Shown here one piece after another: positions 28,018-34,914 of a stretch of DNA of 64,000 nucleotides (position 1 is its first letter; each line of letters begins with the position of its first letter). Both the position numbers and the translations under genes were made by a program. The notes under the pieces are model-generated. The model saw only the letters and a list, made by a program, of their open reading frames with translations, had not been told where the DNA came from and did not search any database. Source of the stretch: an uncultured Acidobacteriota bacterium (lineage in GTDB: Bacteria > Acidobacteriota > Terriglobia > Terriglobales > Acidobacteriaceae); contig CAVXXV010000004.1 in assembly GCA_963765755.1 (NCBI GenBank), positions 259,036 to 323,035 on the forward strand, given 5' to 3'.

Positions 28018-28019
28018 CT

Positions 28020-29174
28020 TTACTCTCCTTTCAAGATGATAGCGGGTTGAACACGCCGGAGCATCGACATTGGGACGATGGCCGAGAGCAGCGCCACTGC
28101 GATGCTTCCGACGAGCACCACAGGAAACACACTGAAGCGCGGAACGACCGGGGCATTGAAGTTGACGCGGCCGATCCAGGCCGCGATGCCGATGCCGACC
28201 AGGAATCCCACGACTGCGCCCACCGCGCCGAGCGCCGCGGCTTCGGCGGCGAAAAATCCGCTGACCAGTCCTTCCGATGCCCCCAGCGCTTTCATGATGG
28301 CGAAGTCTTTACGGCGATCGAAGACCCAGCCTGTCAACGTGGCGAGCACGCAAAGAGCGGCGGTCAATACGATCAGAACTGCGGCTGCGTAGAGGGTCGC
28401 GCGCGTTTTCCCGAGAACGCGGGCTTCGCCTTCCACAATCTGGCGGACGGGTCGCACATCGGCAACCGGAAGCGCACCGGCAAGACGGCTGACGACACCG
28501 TTGATCTCCTCGGCAGATCCGGTAGCGGCGATTTCGATGGTCGAGGGATGAATCCCGCTCCATCCGGAGAACTCGGCCATGGGAAGGTAAACCCGGCTGT
28601 CTTCGGCAGCCCCGGTTTGCAGCGTGCCTGCGGTCTTCAGGTTAATGGTTCGGCCCAGAAAGCTGAGATCGAACGCCTTGCCATCTGGCGAAACCACGGA
28701 GAGGGCTCGCATTCCCACGAGTGCTTCGCCCGAAGCAGAAGGCCAGGCGCTCACCGACCACCAACGATTGAGCTTCTGGATGCGTTCAAAATCCGTGCCG
28801 ACCACGACGACAGATTGGCCATTCGAAGTACGCGCCACCAGGTACGCGAAGGGAACAGCCATCCCGCGGCCGGCCAGGACTGTTTCCGCTTTACTGATTG
28901 CGTCCGGGGGCAGGGAAGTGCCGTCTTTCCCGACCACTACTACGTTCGCGCCGTAACTGCGAAATTCCTTGCGAAGCTTGGCTTGCACGTCGACGTAAAG
29001 ATTCATCATGGCGGTGGCCACTGCGGCTGCAACCACCATCGCCAACAAGGCCGACGCGGCACGCCCGCGGCGCAGTACGGCGGCGCGCAGCAACATGCGC
29101 AGAAACATGGATGTGTGGGGCGAGGCGGCGCGACGCTCGGCTACGCTTGGGATAACTTGCGTTGTGCTGTTCAT
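28020..29174 (-). CDS. ABC transporter permease, FtsX/MacB type
   Basis: An N-terminal TM, a large periplasmic domain and a C-terminal FtsX-like 3-TM bundle (DFAIMKALGAS). Confidence 0.8.
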   Translation of the reverse strand: MNSTTQVIPSVAERRAASPHTSMFLRMLLRAAVLRRGRAASALLAMVVAAAVATAMMNLYVDVQAKLRKEFRSYGANVVVVGKDGTSLPPDAISKAETVLAGRGMAVPFAYLVARTSNGQSVVVVGTDFERIQKLNRWWSVSAWPSASGEALVGMRALSVVSPDGKAFDLSFLGRTINLKTAGTLQTGAAEDSRVYLPMAEFSGWSGIHPSTIEIAATGSAEEINGVVSRLAGALPVADVRPVRQIVEGEARVLGKTRATLYAAAVLIVLTAALCVLATLTGWVFDRRKDFAIMKALGASEGLVSGFFAAEAAALGAVGAVVGFLVGIGIAAWIGRVNFNAPVVPRFSVFPVVLVGSIAVALLSAIVPMSMLRRVQPAIILKGE

Positions 29175-30436
29175 GCGTCGCCTCGCAGGGCAAACACAGG
29201 ATCAAACTTCACGGCGCGCCGGATGGCTGCCGCGCTCCCCGCAAAAGTCACAATCACGGCGATCGCCATAATCACCGGAAACAACACGGGCTGGATCGTA
29301 ATCTGCGCATCAAAGATCGAATACCCGATCCGGTGCGCCAGCCAGGAGCCGGTGAAAAAGCCAATCACCCCGCCGAGAAGCGCGAGCAACGTGCTCTCCG
29401 CGAAGAACAGGGCTGCGACCGCAACATTGCCTGCGCCCAAAGCCTTCATCAATCCAACTTCGCGGCGGCGCTCGAAGATGGCTGTGGCCATCGCCGCCGA
29501 GACTGCCAGGGCGGACGCGAACAGGGCAGCCAGGGTGATGAGCAGCATCAGGCCCTTGATGCGCGACAGCACCGTACCTTCGTTCTGCGCCACCTGCCGA
29601 ATCTGCTCCGCATGAGAATGCGGAATGGCTTCCTGCAACTGGTAGGCAATCGACTGCACGTAGGGCGAGCAGTACCAGCGATCCCACAGTTCGCCGCTCA
29701 TGGTCTTGGGGTCGCGCCGTGCCAAAGCATCTTCGGGCTTGGTCAGCGCGCTCACGTAGACGCGGCGCACCGCGTCGGGCTTGCCGAGAAGCAGTTGCGC
29801 CACCGGAAGGGGCGCGACAATCTGGTCATCTTCGGTTCCCCCGGTTGAGAGAATTCCTGCAACGCGATGATTCTGCCCGCCGATGGTGAGGGTGTCGCCG
29901 CTGTGAAGTTCCAGCTTCCGTGCGAGATGCTCGCCCAGCAGCACATCGCTGGATTGTTCCCCCGGCCAGGAGCCGTCAACCTTCCACCAGGGATGGGTGT
30001 TCTTAACACCAGTGGTGAACTGTTCCTTGCCGAAAGCGAGAGGCTTCGCGAAGTAGGTCCCCAGCAGCGTTACGTCCTGCGTGCGTCCCGAACTACCGAG
30101 CGAAACATTCACCGGCAACATGGGCGAGAAGCCCAGAATGTTATGGCGCCAGAAGGTGCCCTTGATCTTGGGCAGGTCGGCTTCGCTGAGAAAGTTGCCA
30201 TCGCTCGGCGGCTTGAGGTTGACGCCCCCGATCTCAACATCGATGGTGTCTTCCTGCGGTGTGACCAGCAGGTTGGCGCCGTAACTGCGCAGCTCGCGAT
30301 TAATCTTGTCGCCAATATCGGTGGCCACGGCGATCATCGCGGTCGCGACTGCGACGCCCAGGGTGATGGCAATTCCGGCCAGCAGCTTGCGGCGCTTCTG
30401 CCGACGAAAACTTTCGTAGAGGAGCCGTGCGAACAT
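29171..30436 (-). CDS. ABC transporter permease, FtsX/MacB type (paralogue)
   Basis: Same architecture (EVGLMKALGAG). 4-nt overlap with the downstream permease. Confidence 0.8.
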   Translation of the reverse strand: MFARLLYESFRRQKRRKLLAGIAITLGVAVATAMIAVATDIGDKINRELRSYGANLLVTPQEDTIDVEIGGVNLKPPSDGNFLSEADLPKIKGTFWRHNILGFSPMLPVNVSLGSSGRTQDVTLLGTYFAKPLAFGKEQFTTGVKNTHPWWKVDGSWPGEQSSDVLLGEHLARKLELHSGDTLTIGGQNHRVAGILSTGGTEDDQIVAPLPVAQLLLGKPDAVRRVYVSALTKPEDALARRDPKTMSGELWDRWYCSPYVQSIAYQLQEAIPHSHAEQIRQVAQNEGTVLSRIKGLMLLITLAALFASALAVSAAMATAIFERRREVGLMKALGAGNVAVAALFFAESTLLALLGGVIGFFTGSWLAHRIGYSIFDAQITIQPVLFPVIMAIAVIVTFAGSAAAIRRAVKFDPVFALRGDA

Positions 30437-30439
30437 GGG

Positions 30440-31687
30440 CTATTTCTGGAAGAACCTGGTCTGGGCAGCTACGTCCGCTTCCTTGAGGATGACAGCGTCG
30501 GCGGTAGTTTCGGCCTTCAAGGGGATCGGGTTGCAGCCACCCGGCATGCCTACCGATTGCGGATTGATGGGGGCCGCGCAGTTTTTGCAGACTACGCCGG
30601 TCGTGCCCTTGTAGAAGCCAACCGATCCGCAAATCTCGCAGGCATCCAGAACCGTGGCAATTTTGCCATCCGGCTTCTGATAAAGCCAGAAGCGCACTTC
30701 TACTCCGTTCTCAGATGCCCGGTAGAAATGGATGTCGCCATCCGAGACCTGGTTGAGCGGAATCGACGCCTCTCCATTCTGGAATGCGATCTCGGCAGCT
30801 TTTTGCGGCTGACTCAGGCTCTTGGCATAGATAAATTCCGCCGTGACCAGCATGATGAACAGGAAAGAGCTGACGTAGACCGATCCCATCCATAGACGCT
30901 CGCGGCGGGCCGTCCAAAGCGCCTTGCGTCGCTCGGCAGGCGTGACCGCTTCAGGCGCTGGCTGGCGCGACTTCACCTCGAACAGGACCATCAGGGCGGC
31001 CAGCGCGAAAATCGTGATGAAGAAAAAGACGTCGTTGCGGACGATCGGCCCGATCATGGCCATTTCCTGTTTGGAGGAAGGCAACACGCCGTTCTCCGAC
31101 AATTCGTGCAGGCCGCTGATGATGAGCTGAGCGGCGACGAACCACAGAATGACCGTGGTCACGCGGAAGAACTTCTGCAGGTTGATGCGCACGCTGCCCT
31201 TCACAAACATCACGCCAAAAGCCACGGCGGAGAGCACGCCCAACAGGGTACCGATAAAGGTCATCAGTTCCGTCGAATTCAAAGTCACGCCGGCCAGCGT
31301 CAACACTGTCTCGACCCCTTCCCGCAATATCATGAGGAAGATGAACAGGAAGACCCCGACGCGCGAGCTTTCGCTGGCCAGCGACTGGAGTTTGCTCTCG
31401 ATTTCACCCTTCATCTTTTTGCCGGTACGCATCATGAAGATGATCATGGTGATAACGAAGAAGGCTGCGGCCAGCATGACCCAGCCCTCGACGATGTCCT
31501 GGTTGAGGCTGAGCCGCGATACGAGGACGGCGACCCCGATGCTTCCGACGAAAGCGGCTCCCATGCCGGCATAGACTGACCGGCGCAGGTCGGTCCGCCC
31601 GATCTTGGCCAGATAGGCGAGGGTAATACCCACAATCAGGGCGGCTTCGACGCCCTCGCGCAAGGTAACTATGAAGGCCTGCAGCAT
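30440..31687 (-). CDS. FTR1-family iron permease fused to a DUF2318-type Cys-rich domain
   Basis: The ATG at 31687 gives MLQAFIVTLREGVEAAL. A second REGVET motif is present, then multiple TM segments, and a C-terminal CEICG...CKNC...GGCNPIP. Confidence 0.8.
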   Translation of the reverse strand: MLQAFIVTLREGVEAALIVGITLAYLAKIGRTDLRRSVYAGMGAAFVGSIGVAVLVSRLSLNQDIVEGWVMLAAAFFVITMIIFMMRTGKKMKGEIESKLQSLASESSRVGVFLFIFLMILREGVETVLTLAGVTLNSTELMTFIGTLLGVLSAVAFGVMFVKGSVRINLQKFFRVTTVILWFVAAQLIISGLHELSENGVLPSSKQEMAMIGPIVRNDVFFFITIFALAALMVLFEVKSRQPAPEAVTPAERRKALWTARRERLWMGSVYVSSFLFIMLVTAEFIYAKSLSQPQKAAEIAFQNGEASIPLNQVSDGDIHFYRASENGVEVRFWLYQKPDGKIATVLDACEICGSVGFYKGTTGVVCKNCAAPINPQSVGMPGGCNPIPLKAETTADAVILKEADVAAQTRFFQK

Positions 31688-31709
31688 AGGAAAGTGCCCG
31701 ATACCATTT

Positions 31710-31724
31710 TGAAAATGAATTTCA
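31710..31724. promoter_or_regulatory. Candidate Fur-box-like 7-1-7 inverted repeat upstream of the iron permease operon
   Basis: TGAAAAT-G-AATTTCA, compared with TGATAAT-n-ATTATCA, lies 23-37 nt upstream of the ATG inside an AT-rich patch. Confidence 0.3.
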
Positions 31725-31829
31725 ATTTCAACTTTATTAGGATAGCGTGGGCTGCGCCGGGGCGTCAACGCATGAGATCACGCGCCGGTGTGATCTGTAT
31801 CACGCCAAAGGGCTTGCCCCTTCGGGCCT

Positions 31830-32516
31830 CTACATCCGCCGGATAAAGCTCCGGGCTTGTTCGAGTTCCGGAAACAGCTTTTCTTCGGCCTGGAATTCCG
31901 GGGAGTGCACACAACGCCGGCTGCCATTCAGCTTTACGGGATGCCGCAGGTGCAGCATCTCGTGGTAGACGATGTACTCGACCGCGTAGCGGGGAACTTT
32001 CGGATGGTCGAAGATGCGGCTCACGATAATGGCATTGTGGGCTGGATCGTAGTGTCCCAGCAGGTTGCGGGCGCGGGTCTGGCTCCAGCTCATCTTCGGC
32101 CGAGCCTGCATGCCTCCGAAAAATCTCAGGTTCAAGCTCTCAAAAATTGAGTCCAGGTCATAAAACGAACCACGAGGCGATGCCAGCCGTTTCCGGCCGC
32201 GCAACTGCCGGACGAGGTGAGCCTTCCTGCGCAGCTCCGGGCTATGCACGTACTTTCGATAACGCACCGAATGGGCCGGAGCAATCTGCTTCCGGTACAT
32301 CTTGGCGAGCAGGATGTGAGCAATCGCGCGCAGCACCGGCTCGGGAGCGCCTTCGAGCAAGTCGGAGAGCCGCACCAGCAGCTTGCCCTCGCGTAGGCGG
32401 ATTGTATTGTTGACGTTGGCGAACGGGAAGAATTGCACCGTAAGGGCAGGCGACGGAGTCTCGGGCCGAAGGTCGCGATAGCTCTCGAGGAATATTGTGA
32501 GGATACTGTCTCTCAC
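31830..32516 (-). CDS. YgjP/DUF45-like (M48-related) HExxH metallohydrolase
   Basis: VEYIVYHEMLHLRH followed by HSPEFQAEEKLFPE, resembling the DUF45 layout. Confidence 0.55.
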   Translation of the reverse strand: MRDSILTIFLESYRDLRPETPSPALTVQFFPFANVNNTIRLREGKLLVRLSDLLEGAPEPVLRAIAHILLAKMYRKQIAPAHSVRYRKYVHSPELRRKAHLVRQLRGRKRLASPRGSFYDLDSIFESLNLRFFGGMQARPKMSWSQTRARNLLGHYDPAHNAIIVSRIFDHPKVPRYAVEYIVYHEMLHLRHPVKLNGSRRCVHSPEFQAEEKLFPELEQARSFIRRM

Positions 32517-32612
32517 GCAGAGGCTAGCGTAGCACGATCTGTTGTGGATTCTGGTTTGCAGATCGCAGTCCCAGGCGTTGGCAAAAGATGTTCGCCAATC
32601 CAGCGGGCGGGA

Positions 32613-33149
32613 CTACGATTTGCTTTTCTTCTTGTGCTTCCACAATTCCTCTTGATCGGCCTGGAGCTTGCGATGATCGCTCGTGCTGTTGTCCACGGTT
32701 TCAAGCGCATCGGATAGGATGAACTGATACTGGGCGACGTCTTCCTTGGAAGAACGCGCATCGTCCTTGAGAGCCCGAAGCTTCGCTTGAAATTCAGTAT
32801 CGCCCTCGACCACCCAGCGGAGCGCCTTCCGCAAGTCCGATCTGCGGCCCTCAAAGTTGTCCAGGTTGTCATTCAACTCGTTGTAGACCGACAGGAAATC
32901 CTCGAGCATCTGATGCGTCTGGCCCGGGCGGTCCTTCACCTTGGGATCCGCTCTCATTTGCTCCAACTTCACCAACCGGGCGCGCGCGAACTGCACGTAC
33001 AGCTTCATGCGCGGCTCCGGCTCGACGGCCGAATCACGAAGCAGGTCGATTTCCTCCTGGGTCAGCGGATCGGACCGGCGCTGCGAGCGGGCGGGCATGA
33101 TCGACAAGCATGCAAGGAAAATAAAGCTGAAAACGAATCGCATTTTCAT
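32613..33149 (-). CDS. Secreted helical hypothetical protein
   Basis: Signal peptide MKMRFVFSFIFLACLSIMPARS and a charged helical body. Its start overlaps the upstream gene by 4 nt. Confidence 0.5.
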   Translation of the reverse strand: MKMRFVFSFIFLACLSIMPARSQRRSDPLTQEEIDLLRDSAVEPEPRMKLYVQFARARLVKLEQMRADPKVKDRPGQTHQMLEDFLSVYNELNDNLDNFEGRRSDLRKALRWVVEGDTEFQAKLRALKDDARSSKEDVAQYQFILSDALETVDNSTSDHRKLQADQEELWKHKKKSKS

Positions 33150-33598
33150 TGTGGATTCTTGCCGAACATGCGGTGGAGCAGATCGCTATCGATTTTATCC
33201 AGGCGCTCGATTGCTGCCTGCACTGTGGCCTGGTCGTCGAAGGGAAGCCCACGCTTGATGTCGGTGAGCCGGCGCGCCATCCGCCGGACTGAGATCTCGA
33301 TATTCTTGATGCGGCGGCCCGTCTGGTCAGCGGCTTGTTGCGCCTGTTCGGTATAGGAAACGACTTCGTGAATCGCGGCGACGGCCTCTTCCGTCTTTCC
33401 GGCAGTGTAAAGCTTGTCGGCGTTCTCGACCTGCAACTCGGCCACGCGGACGCTAAGCGCGGCGCGGTCGTCGGGTTTGGCGTTCTGCAGCTTGGCCTTC
33501 AATTGCTCCAGGCTAAGCTCTTTCGTAAATCCGTAACCAATGCCTACAGCCGTGAGCATCGCGAGAATCGTGCCCCACCTTCGCATACGTTCGTTCAT
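33146..33598 (-). CDS. Membrane-anchored helical hypothetical protein
   Basis: The ATG at 33598 forms an ATGA overlap with the stop of the TPR gene. N-terminal TM WGTILAMLTAVGIGYG. Confidence 0.5.
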   Translation of the reverse strand: MNERMRRWGTILAMLTAVGIGYGFTKELSLEQLKAKLQNAKPDDRAALSVRVAELQVENADKLYTAGKTEEAVAAIHEVVSYTEQAQQAADQTGRRIKNIEISVRRMARRLTDIKRGLPFDDQATVQAAIERLDKIDSDLLHRMFGKNPQ

Positions 33599-34914
33599 TT
33601 CTTCGGCTCGATCGTGATCAAGCGGTGCCGAGCCTGCCACTCCTGATCAGGATACTTCCCATTCGCCACTTGCAGGAAAAGATGATAATTAGCCGCAGCC
33701 TGATGAAAGTCGCGAAGATGATCATAAGCTGTGGCGCGCATGAAATATCCCACGGGAAGTTCCGGCAAAAACTTGGCGCGCATGTCCAGGGCCTGGATCG
33801 CGACCGGATAATCTTTGGCCTCATTGGCCGCGATGGCTAGATCGCCATAGGCGGCGCCCCAATCGGGCTTCAGCTTCACGGCACTCATAAATTCCTGCTC
33901 CGCCGCGGGGAACTTCTTCTGCTTCATCAGGGCCTGCCCCAGCTTGTGATGGAGTTCAGGATTCGCCGCGTTTGTCGAAAGCAACGAGCGGTACATGGCC
34001 TCGGCTTCCGCGAACTTGCCGGCCTCCAATAAGACGTCTGCCAGATCGCCTTGCGCCCCGACGTCGCCGGGCGCAATCCTCAGACCAGCCTGCAGCTCCG
34101 CCGCTGCTTCGTCATATTTCTGATCAGCAGCCAGAACACGACCGAGTTGAACATGAGGAGCAGCCTCGTTCGGGCGCTGGCTCACCACCTTGCGCAAGTA
34201 CTCTTCAGCTTCCGGAAAGCGCTGGCCTCGCATGTAGATATTGGCCAGGCCCACGAGCGCATCCTGCGACGAAGGATCGAGCACGAGGGCCTGTTTGTAC
34301 TGTTCTTCGGCATCGGCGAACTTGTTCGCCTTCTCCAACAACAATCCCGCCGAAAGACGGGGCTCGGGGTCTTTGGGCTGAAGGGCAGCGGCTTGGCGGA
34401 AGGCTTCCACGGCAGCGTCCGGATCTTGCTCCTCGAGCAAGTGCCCAAGCCCCAGCCATGCCCGAGCGTGCCCCTCGTCCACGTGGCTTTGTGGCTTAAG
34501 CTTGGTTGCGGCTTTTAGAAAGTCCTCAGCTCCGGGCTTCTTATTCTTGGCCAGAGTAAGTCCAAGGTTCAAGTTTGACTCGAACACGTCAGGCTTGGCG
34601 CTGACGGACTGGCGATAGGCCTCGATGGACTCCTCGTTCCTGCCCAGCGCGTTATAGACGAAGCCGAGATCAAACCAGGCTTGATAATTCGCAGGCTGTG
34701 CGCCCACGACTTTTTTAAGGAGCGACTCGGCGGCGGCAAAGTTCTTCTTCTCGATGGCTGTCTCGGCCTGTGCGAGCTCCGGTGGCTGGGATTGATCGGG
34801 TTCGGCCACGCGATGGTGGCGCACCGTCTTGCTGCTGGAGGTTTGCGCGGAAAGGGACGCAGCGATAAGCAGGACTACGCTCAGGATGCACCGCAATGGT
34901 CTATTTGTGGCCAT
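33595..34914 (-). CDS. Secreted tetratricopeptide-repeat (TPR) protein
   Basis: Signal peptide MATNRPLRCILSVVLLIAASLSAQ and more than 8 TPR-like 34-aa units. Its start overlaps the uvrA 3' end. Confidence 0.75.
   Translation of the reverse strand: MATNRPLRCILSVVLLIAASLSAQTSSSKTVRHHRVAEPDQSQPPELAQAETAIEKKNFAAAESLLKKVVGAQPANYQAWFDLGFVYNALGRNEESIEAYRQSVSAKPDVFESNLNLGLTLAKNKKPGAEDFLKAATKLKPQSHVDEGHARAWLGLGHLLEEQDPDAAVEAFRQAAALQPKDPEPRLSAGLLLEKANKFADAEEQYKQALVLDPSSQDALVGLANIYMRGQRFPEAEEYLRKVVSQRPNEAAPHVQLGRVLAADQKYDEAAAELQAGLRIAPGDVGAQGDLADVLLEAGKFAEAEAMYRSLLSTNAANPELHHKLGQALMKQKKFPAAEQEFMSAVKLKPDWGAAYGDLAIAANEAKDYPVAIQALDMRAKFLPELPVGYFMRATAYDHLRDFHQAAANYHLFLQVANGKYPDQEWQARHRLITIEPKK

Noticed and set aside
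28047-29615. A 522-aa plus-strand ORF, the longest unexplained ORF in the track.
   Set aside because: It lies entirely antisense to the two FtsX permease genes. It is extremely Arg/His/Gly-rich with no recognisable motifs, which is typical of shadow ORFs in high-GC DNA.
32546-33160. Two TGTGGATTC sequences (about 32546 and 33151) that resemble DnaA boxes.
   Set aside because: They match TGTGGATAA at only 7 of 9 positions, lie 600 bp apart inside or next to genes, and have no AT-rich unwinding element. This is not evidence for oriC.
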